From a virus: a DNA stretch of 64,000 bases. Position 1 is the stretch's first letter, and every line of letters begins with the position of its first letter. Of this stretch, positions 47,978-58,009 are shown one piece after another. The DNA lies in the IMG/VR virus record IMGVR_UViG_3300042564_004498, positions 81,526 to 145,525 of that record; one strand, given 5' to 3'. The notes below the pieces were generated by a model that saw nothing but the letters and a program-made list of their open reading frames with translations, was not told the DNA's origin and ran no database searches. The translations under genes were made by a program, and so were the position numbers.

Positions 47978-50515
47978 TTATTGTACCCAATCTATCCCGC
48001 CTTCTCCTTCTGAACCTGCATCACCAAACCAACCAAAATTTACTTGCCAATCATAAGTACCTGCTGGTAGCGTAAAACTTGTTGAATACGCATTTCCATC
48101 ATTTGGAGGTGATACTATCTCTACATATCTATTTGTTGCCGGGGTTGCGGTACCTACCCAAATATTTGTAGATGCTGACCCACCTCCAACAACAAACGGT
48201 ATGTATACATAAGCCCTAAAAGTAACAGGGTCACCTATTATTTCAACAGTCCCATTTAATTCAGTACTCCCTCCTGAAGGGTCTCCTCCATAACCAACGT
48301 ATGGGTCACCAAACCACTCTACTGAATTAGGTGGCGGCGTTGTTGAAGGTGTTGGTGTATTAGTCGGGGTTTGAGTTGGTGTTGGGACGTTTGGTGGGCA
48401 CCCAACTAAAAATGTCCATGCGGTACCTATTATCGGAGCAGTAATAACTACCAAACATGTTTCAGGTAATGCTGATGTTTTTGTAAAACTAGTACTTCCC
48501 GACCCAGGACCTGACACGTTAGGATAACCCAAAGCATTTAACTCTGAGTTATAGTATGATTCTCCTCTAAACCCTGTATCAATAACTAAACTACCGTTAT
48601 AATAAATTTGGAATTGGTCAGGCACGCTATACGCATCATATGTAAATGGAATAGTACCCGTCCCTCTTCCAAGTTGGATGGTATATTCAAAATATCCCCT
48701 TCCTCCACTACCACCATTTACAGCGACATTACATACTCCATTACCCGTAATAATCTCATATGGTGTTGCAGTTGGTGTTACTGTTGGAGTTGTAGTGTTA
48801 GTTGGGGTCGGACTAGGTGTTGGTGGTTGAAATCCACAGAAATAAACAGAATTTCCATTATATGTTACCGTTGTTGGTGTCACGCCTGTTATTTCCATTG
48901 TTGCTGTACTTGCTCCACCCGTTACTAACACATTATTAGCGGTTTCACCAGATTGTTCTAATGAATAAATCGTTATCGAGAAATCATATTGATTTGAAGG
49001 ATTATCGTCATCTTTAATATACCCTGTAACAGTGACATTTTCTGAAACAGGCCACGGGTCTAAAGCGACATTTACGCCATAGTAATTATTAATCCCAGTT
49101 TGGGGAACTGGAGATATTACAGTACCAATAAGCGATATACAATTAATAGGTATTGAAGTTGTTGAAGGTGTTGGCGTATAAGTTTGTGTGTTTGTTGGTG
49201 TTTGTGTAGGAGTTTTTGTTGGTGTTGGCGAGACACAAGCAGTCCTAATAATACCAGCTTGAGAAATAACTGATGACGCATATATCACTATTGGAGTATC
49301 ATCCCATATATTAGTAAGACTAATTAAAACACCATAATTATTATAATAATCAATATATCCCCCTGTCGGATGTGCCGGGTCTGGATTATTGTAAATCCCT
49401 ATAACATTGTAACAAGTCACAGACAATTGAGTGACTGTAGGTGTTCGGGTTGGAGTTGGTGTTAATTGAGGACAATAGGTTGGAGTTACGCAAATATTTG
49501 TATCTGACCCGTTATATCTTGTCAGTAATGCATTATAGTTACTTACAATCTCATTGGATGTTAATCCTCTATTAAAAATTTGAACTTCTGATATTATACC
49601 ATTATAATATTCAGTTGTATCTGTTAATCCTATTGTAAGATTATTGGCGTTAGGGACATTATGTCCTATTGGTAAATCAGAACCAATTAAAACACCATTA
49701 ACCCAAATACTTCTTGTTGTTCCATTAAAAGTTGCAACAGCGTTATACCAATTACCATTAGTTATTGTTGTTGTTACATTCAAATCATTTGAACCCCATG
49801 AATTAGATAAACCTGTTGTAGTAAGTTTAAACGCGTTTACTTGATTTGTAGTTCCATAATTACCCCACCCGACAAGACCTTGATTAGATGATATTGTATT
49901 TATGAAGAACCAAACACTTATTGTATAATTTGAATTACCAATAGGAATATTTGTTGGCGTAGTAAAAGAAATATATCGATTGATACCATTAAAACTTAGA
50001 TACCCTTTTGAACCTGAGTTGTAAGTAACCCCATTAACCAATGTTCCATTATTGTTGGGATTGTTAGTTAAGTCATACCATACAGTACCTGTTTTTGGGT
50101 ATGAAGAAGGTAATCCTGCGTCAAGATTTAATGTATTACCACTTGTAACAATTTGTGGATAGTTTTGATTGGTCACAAATACTCCATTTGTTATTGCCCA
50201 ATTCATCGCTGTTGATAAAGTTAGAAATGGACCTTCGGATTTTGCTCTTGCAACTCTATTAATAAGATTAATCAAACTATTATCAGACAAATCACTAGTA
50301 CAATAACATAACATAAATGCTTCCGCCTCAGTTGTCTTATTCATAAAATAAGAATCAATTAGAAGATTATAGTTATTACACACCCCACAAGTCGGACACC
50401 AATCCAAATTAGTTAAATTAACAGAATTGTTAACCGCGACTGAGACCCTACTGGTATTTAACGCCCAATCTTGATTACTACCTGCGTTATACGCCATCAA
50501 ACTAGTACATGCCAT
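47978..50515 (-). CDS. LamG/concanavalin-like domain virion protein with Pro/Thr linkers
   Basis: LNLDAG..SYP..GTVWYDL..YTISVWF..WYNAVATFNG..IFNRGLTSNEI..NYNA. Confidence 0.8.
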   Translation of the reverse strand: MACTSLMAYNAGSNQDWALNTSRVSVAVNNSVNLTNLDWCPTCGVCNNYNLLIDSYFMNKTTEAEAFMLCYCTSDLSDNSLINLINRVARAKSEGPFLTLSTAMNWAITNGVFVTNQNYPQIVTSGNTLNLDAGLPSSYPKTGTVWYDLTNNPNNNGTLVNGVTYNSGSKGYLSFNGINRYISFTTPTNIPIGNSNYTISVWFFINTISSNQGLVGWGNYGTTNQVNAFKLTTTGLSNSWGSNDLNVTTTITNGNWYNAVATFNGTTRSIWVNGVLIGSDLPIGHNVPNANNLTIGLTDTTEYYNGIISEVQIFNRGLTSNEIVSNYNALLTRYNGSDTNICVTPTYCPQLTPTPTRTPTVTQLSVTCYNVIGIYNNPDPAHPTGGYIDYYNNYGVLISLTNIWDDTPIVIYASSVISQAGIIRTACVSPTPTKTPTQTPTNTQTYTPTPSTTSIPINCISLIGTVISPVPQTGINNYYGVNVALDPWPVSENVTVTGYIKDDDNPSNQYDFSITIYSLEQSGETANNVLVTGGASTATMEITGVTPTTVTYNGNSVYFCGFQPPTPSPTPTNTTTPTVTPTATPYEIITGNGVCNVAVNGGSGGRGYFEYTIQLGRGTGTIPFTYDAYSVPDQFQIYYNGSLVIDTGFRGESYYNSELNALGYPNVSGPGSGSTSFTKTSALPETCLVVITAPIIGTAWTFLVGCPPNVPTPTQTPTNTPTPSTTPPPNSVEWFGDPYVGYGGDPSGGSTELNGTVEIIGDPVTFRAYVYIPFVVGGGSASTNIWVGTATPATNRYVEIVSPPNDGNAYSTSFTLPAGTYDWQVNFGWFGDAGSEGEGGIDWVQ

Positions 50516-50636
50516 CTATATTATTTTTTGTTTTTTGATACTATTATAAATAACGCGATTTATCCTTTTTCTAAAATTTGATTAAGATTCTTTTAATAAT
50601 AAAAATAAAGTGAATGATGTGAGGTATTTATGGTAT

Positions 50637-50816
50637 ATGAAACTTCTAAAAACCATAGAAAATATTATTAAAGAAGCTGAGGAACAATACAATGCCGCTT
50701 GTGATAATAATGTGTCAATTGAGGAACTTGATAGATTGGAAAAACATTATAAAGATTCTTTAAAATTAATGAATCTGTACAAATCAAAGGAAATAAATTC
50801 TAATGAAAACAATTAA
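50637..50816 (+). CDS. Small hypothetical protein with IENIIKE leader
   Basis: ATG 5 nt after TATTTAT. Confidence 0.6.
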   Translation: MKLLKTIENIIKEAEEQYNAACDNNVSIEELDRLEKHYKDSLKLMNLYKSKEINSNENN

Positions 50817-50828
50817 TTTAATATAATA

Positions 50829-51671
50829 TTATTTAACCGCCTCACAAATTCCACCTTCAGAATAAGTTTGATACCCTCTTTGTTGTAACCAACTATAGAT
50901 TTCATCTTTTTTATCTTGAGGTAAATTATAATCCTCAAATATTATAAAATTTGGTAATGTAATTTTAGTTTCATCAATACCCATAATTAATTGAGCATCC
51001 AATCCTTCAACATCAAGGTGCAACCAATCTATTTGACCACCGCATTCATTTAGAATTAAGTCTGTAATACTAATTGAATCTCTTTTGGTTGAATTGATTT
51101 CTTCCGTTTCCCAATGTCTAATCACATTTTCAACAACAGTATTTGTATACCCCTCACCTCCTTCAAAAAATTCAACTTCACCACCATTTGGTGTAATTAA
51201 TTTTTGAATAGATTTAACTAATGATTTATTTTTGTAGTTATCTTTTAATTTTTGAAATTGTGTGTCGGACGCTTCAACTAATACCACATTACATTCTCTT
51301 TTTTGAACAATTGGTACCCATTCTCCAAACTCACCGTCGTGAGTCCCAATAACCAATCCTTTTGGAAACTTACCATTAGACAAAACAGATTTATTATACA
51401 TCCATAAAGATTTATAGAAATGATTTCCATGTTCCATAACATCCCATACTTTTGTGTAAATAATCCTATCTTTTGAATCCGTGATTTCAACATCAAACAT
51501 TTCAGTATTTGGGTAAGACCCAAACCAATTATCATTTAATTTGGTAGACCATTGTACCTCACCGCTAACATGTTTTTTTATTTTTAATTTTAAAGGTAAA
51601 TTTTGATTATATTTATTAATCTGACCAACATTAACCCTAATACCTTCTGAATTGTATGTTACTGTAATCAT
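50829..51671 (-). CDS. FkbM-like SAM-dependent methyltransferase with N-terminal beta domain
   Basis: VIGTHDG, VLVEA, IDWLHLDVEGLD, IIFE. Confidence 0.75.
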   Translation of the reverse strand: MITVTYNSEGIRVNVGQINKYNQNLPLKLKIKKHVSGEVQWSTKLNDNWFGSYPNTEMFDVEITDSKDRIIYTKVWDVMEHGNHFYKSLWMYNKSVLSNGKFPKGLVIGTHDGEFGEWVPIVQKRECNVVLVEASDTQFQKLKDNYKNKSLVKSIQKLITPNGGEVEFFEGGEGYTNTVVENVIRHWETEEINSTKRDSISITDLILNECGGQIDWLHLDVEGLDAQLIMGIDETKITLPNFIIFEDYNLPQDKKDEIYSWLQQRGYQTYSEGGICEAVK

Positions 51672-52216
51672 TTTTTATGTTTTTCTATAAAATGGTTTAT
51701 ATCTTGACTCCACAGTACCATGGCTTCTTCTTTGATTTTACTTTCTTCCCAATCCCACCAAGCAATATCTAGTAGGTTTTTAATTTGTTCTTCCTCAAAT
51801 CTATATTTTATATGTTTTGCAGGATTTCCACCAACAACAGAATAAGGTTCAACATCTTTGGTAACCAATGCACCCGCGGCAACAATTGCCCCATGTCCAA
51901 TTTTAATTCCCGACATTATTGTCGCTTTCGCACCAACCCAAACATCACTACCAACCGTAATATTACCTTTACAAGATGGATGGCCCATCTCCATGTGCAT
52001 ACTTGCAATCTCAGGAGTAACCGGTCCCCATAATTGAGAACTTGTTGTTATCCAATCAGGTCTATGATTTGCGTGTAAGAAGAAATTACAATCTCTTCCA
52101 ATGGAACAATATTTCCCAACATGAATTTCATACTCATTACTCCAAGAAATTATGTTGACATTCCTATCGTAATAAGTTCCTCTATCTGATTTCCATAAAT
52201 GTATATTCTCTATCAT
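51668..52216 (-). CDS. Hexapeptide-repeat O-acetyltransferase (CatB/Vat-like)
   Basis: VGKYCSIG, NH, VGSDVWVG..GIKIGHGAIVAAGALVTKDV..VGGNPAK..RF, WWDW. Confidence 0.85.
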   Translation of the reverse strand: MIENIHLWKSDRGTYYDRNVNIISWSNEYEIHVGKYCSIGRDCNFFLHANHRPDWITTSSQLWGPVTPEIASMHMEMGHPSCKGNITVGSDVWVGAKATIMSGIKIGHGAIVAAGALVTKDVEPYSVVGGNPAKHIKYRFEEEQIKNLLDIAWWDWEESKIKEEAMVLWSQDINHFIEKHKK

Positions 52217-53127
52217 GATTTTATAAATGTGTTTTCTCCAATATTATTTACATGATGGCTTAAATCAAATGTTTCACCATCATTTGTGATAATTAATTCA
52301 TCTGTATTTAAAAATGGTAATTCAATTTCATCCCATTCCCTAACTTCATAATTATTTTCAAACGAATCTGTTTTAACATTAAAATGTTTTATTCCACCAA
52401 AATCATAGAAAACAATTTTCATATTATCTGTCAGAGTTTTATGAATGAAACATTTAAATTTATTGGATGGAGAACAATTAAAAAAATCTTTATTTGATAG
52501 GAGATATATTAAATCTTCAATAGGTTGTTCTTCTATTACACCTGGTATTAATTTTACCGCTCTATGTAACCACGAAAAAGCGTCAAAATCACTTTCCACT
52601 AAATAACTTTCTTTGGTTATTAACATTTTAAATTTAATCAAATGTTCCCTATCCAACGAGATTAAATGTAAACCAATTGCCCAAGTCATACCATCTCTGT
52701 AAGAAGGGAAAAAACTATTTTTTTTATTGTCATTAAAAACTGATTCAACGTATGGTGTAATGTTTATATCATATATCATTGGGAAAAATATTTCGTAGTC
52801 CATTGATAAAGCAAAATCTGCCATTCTTTTAAATTGTAATAATCCCGCATATCCGTAATCCGGATATGTTGTTGTCATGGTGAGGTTAACTCCATTAAAA
52901 TTACCGGTCCACCACTGAAAATAAGACTTTTCAGGCCAATTTAACACCGGATTTTCTTTTGAAAATATTGCATAATCACAAAGTTCAATAACTTCATCAT
53001 TTAATTTTAAAGGACTTATTATCATTACATCAACACCTAATGATTTTATTTTTTTTATATTTTCAATTAATAAATCAAGTTTTTCTTGATTATCACAAAA
53101 AGTACTTATCAATGCGATTTTTTTCAT
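52213..53127 (-). CDS. Putative glycosyltransferase-like protein (paralog family, copy 1)
   Basis: N-terminal pattern and xYD motif shared with three nearby paralogs. Confidence 0.5.
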   Translation of the reverse strand: MKKIALISTFCDNQEKLDLLIENIKKIKSLGVDVMIISPLKLNDEVIELCDYAIFSKENPVLNWPEKSYFQWWTGNFNGVNLTMTTTYPDYGYAGLLQFKRMADFALSMDYEIFFPMIYDINITPYVESVFNDNKKNSFFPSYRDGMTWAIGLHLISLDREHLIKFKMLITKESYLVESDFDAFSWLHRAVKLIPGVIEEQPIEDLIYLLSNKDFFNCSPSNKFKCFIHKTLTDNMKIVFYDFGGIKHFNVKTDSFENNYEVREWDEIELPFLNTDELIITNDGETFDLSHHVNNIGENTFIKS

Positions 53128-53139
53128 TATTTTGTTTTT

Positions 53140-54138
53140 TTAAGTATAAATTGTATAATTTGTTTTTTTAAAAATTTCTCGTAAATTCTTATCAAATTTT
53201 ATTTCATTTTTCTTTTTTCCATTAACTAATGTGATTATTGAATCAATATTGTTAATATCACCAATTTCATCCATTTTCCATTCAAATTTATTAACTTCTT
53301 TAAATGTTATAATTTTTTCATTGTTAACAATAAAATTAACATTTATTGGTTCGTCATCTTTGTTGTTCCAAACTATTACAGAAACTTTATTTTCTTTTGT
53401 GTTATAAAATGGGACTGTCCAATAATTCATAGTTTCTTTAGAAGTATTATTAGATAATGCAAATTTTATATCTTTTAATTTAACATGGTCATAATTTTTA
53501 ATATGAATGGTATTACCATTCATATTCATAATGTCATTTGTAATTTTTTCATTAGTTTTTGATGTACTATTAAATAAAATTTCTAATAATTTTTCTTTAT
53601 CGTAAGATGTTAATAATTCATTTATTGAATCCACTTTGAATGACATGAAATTACCAATAGGCCATGCAATGTTTTCTTCATAACCCCTTTCTTCTTTTTG
53701 AATAACAACATTATCATATTCATCCAACAATTTTGAATTATCATATAATTCCGATAAATCATTCATAATTGTATCATACTCAATATAATGTACCTTTTTG
53801 TATTTAAACATTTTTGCAAATCCTAATCCTGCCGTAACCAATCTATAAACTGCCAAATATGTACTATTTTGACCGATATATGTTGATAGGATAGTCATTC
53901 CTTCAATTGGTGAAAACCAAGGTTGGTTTAGATATTTCAAATCAGTAATTAAATCATTATTCTTATCATAAAAAACATAATCAACTTTTTTAGTAATATA
54001 TGATGGTATTTCAGTATGACTACAAATTAAAATATCATATTCATTACGACATTTTTGTAGTGAATTAACACACTCATTTAATAGGGATTCTCTCTCGTCA
54101 TCGGGACAATGTGCACCAATTAAAATTAATTCTTTCAT
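53140..54138 (-). CDS. Putative glycosyltransferase-like protein (copy 2)
   Basis: KVDYVFYDKNN, YKKVHYIEYD; start reassigned to MKELIL. Confidence 0.55.
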   Translation of the reverse strand: MKELILIGAHCPDDERESLLNECVNSLQKCRNEYDILICSHTEIPSYITKKVDYVFYDKNNDLITDLKYLNQPWFSPIEGMTILSTYIGQNSTYLAVYRLVTAGLGFAKMFKYKKVHYIEYDTIMNDLSELYDNSKLLDEYDNVVIQKEERGYEENIAWPIGNFMSFKVDSINELLTSYDKEKLLEILFNSTSKTNEKITNDIMNMNGNTIHIKNYDHVKLKDIKFALSNNTSKETMNYWTVPFYNTKENKVSVIVWNNKDDEPINVNFIVNNEKIITFKEVNKFEWKMDEIGDINNIDSIITLVNGKKKNEIKFDKNLREIFKKTNYTIYT

Positions 54139-54139
54139 A

Positions 54140-54718
54140 TTATTTAATTTTTTTTGCAGGGCATCCAACATAAACACCACCCTCTTCAATGTGTTTAACA
54201 ACTGCGGAGTTCATACCAATCGTAGCTAAACTATGAACTGATAACTTTTCTCGTATTGATGAGTTACTACCCATATAAACTAAACTATAAATTGTAACAT
54301 TACCTGAAACAATTGCACCAGGCATTGCACTAAAATAATCTCCAATTCTACAATCGTGTCCAATGTGATTACCCCTATTTAATATTGAATGTTTCCCTAT
54401 TTTTATATTTGTTGTGAGTATTGAATAAGCCCCAACAAAACTTCCCTCCCCAATTTCAACATCTTCCATTATTAATGCGGTTGGATGTATAAAAGTGAAA
54501 AATTGAATCCCCTCGGGTAATCTTTGTGAAATGTCAAATCTATCTTTAGAATCTGAAATTGCAATCATTACAATGTGTTTGGTAGGGTCTAATTTAGACA
54601 AGGGTTGTGTATCATCATCAACATATTGTTCATCAACAAATCGGTCTAATTTACACCCCATTTGAGCCATAACTTCTCTCGCATGACCCCCATTTCCAAT
54701 TAATACTTTTATCATCAT
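54140..54718 (-). CDS. NeuD/PglD-type sugar acetyltransferase
   Basis: IGNGGHAREV, FIHPTA, IGHD, hexapeptide repeats, VGCPAK. Confidence 0.9.
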   Translation of the reverse strand: MMIKVLIGNGGHAREVMAQMGCKLDRFVDEQYVDDDTQPLSKLDPTKHIVMIAISDSKDRFDISQRLPEGIQFFTFIHPTALIMEDVEIGEGSFVGAYSILTTNIKIGKHSILNRGNHIGHDCRIGDYFSAMPGAIVSGNVTIYSLVYMGSNSSIREKLSVHSLATIGMNSAVVKHIEEGGVYVGCPAKKIK

Positions 54719-55329
54719 AATTTTTTAATTATTTTACGATAGTTTGAATATAATTCAGTAATATAATCCGCAAAAGTTAACATAAAATAGTCCACCGATT
54801 CTTTTGGTCTCAAAGTAGTTGTTCTATCTAATCCCCAAGTATAGTCATCAAAAATAAGAATACCCCCTTTTTTTAATACCCCCCAAGACATTATACTATC
54901 CATCATAACATATGGGGCGGTGTGATTACCATCAATAAAAATTATATCATACATTTTTTGTTCCGTAATTAAAGATGGTAAAATCTTATTAGAAAACCCT
55001 TGTCGTATAATAACTTTATCACTATCACCACTTTCAATAATATTATGTAAAAATATTTCTTTAGTTTTTCTCTCGGTTAACATCCATTCATTGTCTTCGT
55101 TATTATAGGAATTTAAACTATCATGGTCTTGACTATAATTCATCCAAGGGTCAACACAAGTAATGGTTGAATTTTTATTTTGTAAAATATTATCCAAAAA
55201 CCATATGGTTGATTTTCCTTCAAAAGAACCAACTTCAAGAATGTGTAATTCTTTTTTAACCCCTAATTCATTTAAAATTGATAGCCCGTCATCGTTAAAC
55301 CAATTTTCTGTAAAAGTATAATTTTTCAT
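54715..55329 (-). CDS. Class I SAM-dependent methyltransferase (Methyltransf_24-like)
   Basis: LEVGSFEGKS, CVDPW, IFIDGNH, GGILIFDDY. Confidence 0.85.
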   Translation of the reverse strand: MKNYTFTENWFNDDGLSILNELGVKKELHILEVGSFEGKSTIWFLDNILQNKNSTITCVDPWMNYSQDHDSLNSYNNEDNEWMLTERKTKEIFLHNIIESGDSDKVIIRQGFSNKILPSLITEQKMYDIIFIDGNHTAPYVMMDSIMSWGVLKKGGILIFDDYTWGLDRTTTLRPKESVDYFMLTFADYITELYSNYRKIIKKL

Positions 55330-55970
55330 TTTTTGTAAATTTCGTATTTTGATAAGTCAGGATATGGTAATTCTAAATCCTCATTATGTTTTTTAGTTCC
55401 GTCTAAATTATAAAATTGTGTCATCATTAATATCCCTCTTGCCGATAACTCAGGCATCATATAGAAATTCCATCCTAACATATCAAAGTTGTCATCATGA
55501 TATGAACATTCTCTTCTTCCGCTAAATCTTGCTCGTTTAAACCATAACATCGCTTGATAATCATCGGTTAAAATCGCGCCACCTTTACTTAATTTTAAAG
55601 TTTTATATGGGCCTGTGAATGAAACACACATATGTGATTTTGGGACATACATGTCAGCTGTGAATCTTAACGCTGAGTCCCAAACATTACTTGGCGATAG
55701 TTCGTAAGCCCCTTTAATCTTATCACCCTCAACCGGTGTAAAATTAACTTTTAACCCTGCGTGAATTATTTCACATGGTACCGATGGATATGTCTTTGAT
55801 GGACAATCTATGGTATCACCAGTTAATGTTTTCTTTATATTCTTTTCGTAGTATAACGCTAAGAATAATGCGTTACTCATATTATCTAACGCAATTGCGT
55901 GAGGAGCTCCTGTGTAATCGCATAATGCTTTCTCAAAATCTTCAGTTATTTTATGTACTCCTTGTGCCAT
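55326..55970 (-). CDS. DegT/DnrJ/EryC1/StrS-family sugar aminotransferase, short form
   Basis: FEKALCDYTG, TYPSVP..IIHAG, DSA, SFTGPYKTL..GGAILTDD, GWNFYM. Confidence 0.8.
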   Translation of the reverse strand: MAQGVHKITEDFEKALCDYTGAPHAIALDNMSNALFLALYYEKNIKKTLTGDTIDCPSKTYPSVPCEIIHAGLKVNFTPVEGDKIKGAYELSPSNVWDSALRFTADMYVPKSHMCVSFTGPYKTLKLSKGGAILTDDYQAMLWFKRARFSGRRECSYHDDNFDMLGWNFYMMPELSARGILMMTQFYNLDGTKKHNEDLELPYPDLSKYEIYKK

Positions 55971-55972
55971 TT

Positions 55973-56929
55973 TTAATTAATTGTATTCTTATTAATATAA
56001 ATATTTTTATCTGTTTTATTAAAATCTATTGAATTTCTTAGTGTATTGTTAACTAATATTATAATACTTTGAATACTGTCAATATCACCAATATCTCTTA
56101 AAATCCAATAACCAGGTTTTACCGTGTAATTAAGTATAATTGAATCATTAACAATTAGTTTAATTTCCATATTTTTTATTTCATCTTGACCCCAAGAAAA
56201 TAATACCATCTTTTTTGAATTATTATCATAAACAGGCACCACCCATTGGTATTCCGTAATATCACTATTTAATTGTATTTTTACTCCAATATTTTCTAAA
56301 AGTTTCATGTCTTTTGTTAAAACATTATCACTTTCATTTATTAACCCCATGTGATATTCTTCTGCGGCATTTGTCATATCACCATTAAAATAATTCATTA
56401 ATTTTTCTTTTGATGTATTAAACCATGAATCCGATATTTTCAATAAATTATATGAAACTGGCGCGGTTGGATACGAAAAATGTTTCCATTTATACCAAAT
56501 GATTGGGTGTATGTCTAAAAGTTTAGAATTGTCTTTAATTTCAATATCACTTTTAATTTCGCAATCGTACTCAAAAAAATGGACTTTAACATAATCTAAA
56601 TTTTTTGCGCTTTTTAATCCAAATAAAAGTAATCTTAAGCACGTAAACCCATGATTATATTTTTTACATTCAGTTGTCTTAACAGTAAAATCACTATTAG
56701 CGAAAACCATCTTATATTTTGACTTAATATCAGTTAATAACAAATTTTCCTTTTCATAAACAATGTAGTCCACTTTATCCGAAATATCTTGTGGAACAAA
56801 CGAATGTGTTGCAATCATAATATCAAATTCATCATTATTAATATCATTAACTAAAGTTCTTAATAATTCTTGTCTTTTGTTATCAGGAGAATAATTTAAT
56901 ATTAAAATCAATTCTTTATTTTTTTCCAT
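55973..56929 (-). CDS. Putative glycosyltransferase-like protein (copy 3)
   Basis: KVDYIVYEKEN, NHG, YVKVHFFEYD. Confidence 0.55.
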   Translation of the reverse strand: MEKNKELILILNYSPDNKRQELLRTLVNDINNDEFDIMIATHSFVPQDISDKVDYIVYEKENLLLTDIKSKYKMVFANSDFTVKTTECKKYNHGFTCLRLLLFGLKSAKNLDYVKVHFFEYDCEIKSDIEIKDNSKLLDIHPIIWYKWKHFSYPTAPVSYNLLKISDSWFNTSKEKLMNYFNGDMTNAAEEYHMGLINESDNVLTKDMKLLENIGVKIQLNSDITEYQWVVPVYDNNSKKMVLFSWGQDEIKNMEIKLIVNDSIILNYTVKPGYWILRDIGDIDSIQSIIILVNNTLRNSIDFNKTDKNIYINKNTIN

Positions 56930-56930
56930 G

Positions 56931-57941
56931 TTAATGAAAGTCAATTACGTTTATTATGTCCTTAAAATATTCTTCAAATAATAGTTCATCTCTATCATAT
57001 ACTAACATTTTTTCAACATTATTTGGTAAAGCGATATATGACCAAGCCCCATATGACCCAAATTCTTGAATTATTTCTTTTTCAGTACCATCATTAAATT
57101 TAACAAGTATTCTTCTAAAGTCAGGTTCTGATTTTACATTTTTACTATAAATCACAATCTCATCAGGATGGTCTTGTTTTAAATAAAATTTTGTTACACA
57201 TTCTTTATATTTTTTATCATCATAAACTCTAGTTTGTTTTGTATTCCAAAGAGTACTATCAAATTCAGTAAAAAATCCTTCTTTAATATAAATCTCATTA
57301 GGATTTAATTTTTTAACATTTTCATACATGAATCTTTCCATTATTAAAAAATCACGATTACCAAATTCTGATTCTAAAAAATTAATATAATCTTGTTCGC
57401 AAGTTATATTCGAAAAATTATCTAAGAAATAATCAATCTCACAGAAAAAATAATGTACTGACATTGATGAATGGTCCCCATGATTATCAACAAAAAAAAC
57501 ACCCTTTTTACCACTTAAAATACATTCATCATTTAATCCTTTAATTTTAATTTTAGTTTTTTCAGTTAATCTAGCGTCATATTCCATTTTATAAAAATGA
57601 GTATAACCCAACTCTTTAGCCATTCTAACCGAACGAAATAAACTAATTAAAACAGATAATCCATGGTTTTGAGTATGAGGAAAACAATTTGAAACTTTAA
57701 ACCAATCGTACTGTGTCCAATAGTTTACATAATCATATTTTGAATATTTTTCTTTGAATAATTGATTTTTTTTATCATAGAAAAAATAATCAACTTTATC
57801 TTGAACTTCTTTTGAAGTTGTTGTATTAGACATTAATAATAAATCGTCACCTATTGTTTTAACCGAATCAATAAAATTTATTAAGATACCTTCTTCTTGT
57901 TTGTCAGTAACAAATGCATCTAAAATTATTATTGGTCTCAT
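56931..57941 (-). CDS. Putative glycosyltransferase-like protein (copy 4)
   Basis: KVDYFFYDKKN, NHGLSV, YTHFYKMEYD. Confidence 0.55.
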   Translation of the reverse strand: MRPIIILDAFVTDKQEEGILINFIDSVKTIGDDLLLMSNTTTSKEVQDKVDYFFYDKKNQLFKEKYSKYDYVNYWTQYDWFKVSNCFPHTQNHGLSVLISLFRSVRMAKELGYTHFYKMEYDARLTEKTKIKIKGLNDECILSGKKGVFFVDNHGDHSSMSVHYFFCEIDYFLDNFSNITCEQDYINFLESEFGNRDFLIMERFMYENVKKLNPNEIYIKEGFFTEFDSTLWNTKQTRVYDDKKYKECVTKFYLKQDHPDEIVIYSKNVKSEPDFRRILVKFNDGTEKEIIQEFGSYGAWSYIALPNNVEKMLVYDRDELLFEEYFKDIINVIDFH

Positions 57942-58009
57942 TATTTTTTAGTTAGTATTTGAAATATAGACAATATCCCCTATATTTCAACTAAAATAAT
58001 CACATAATA

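Noticed and set aside
51668-52216. Antibiotic resistance gene (catB/vat)
   Set aside because: Hexapeptide acetyltransferase embedded in a sugar-modification cluster; sugar O-acetylation is the more parsimonious role
2459-56032. Numerous short antisense or nested ORFs (e.g. 3302..3580, 5210..5530, 26804..27187, 30463..30834, 45476..45685, 48608..48928)
   Set aside because: They lie within longer motif-bearing genes on the other strand or frame and have shadow-like composition
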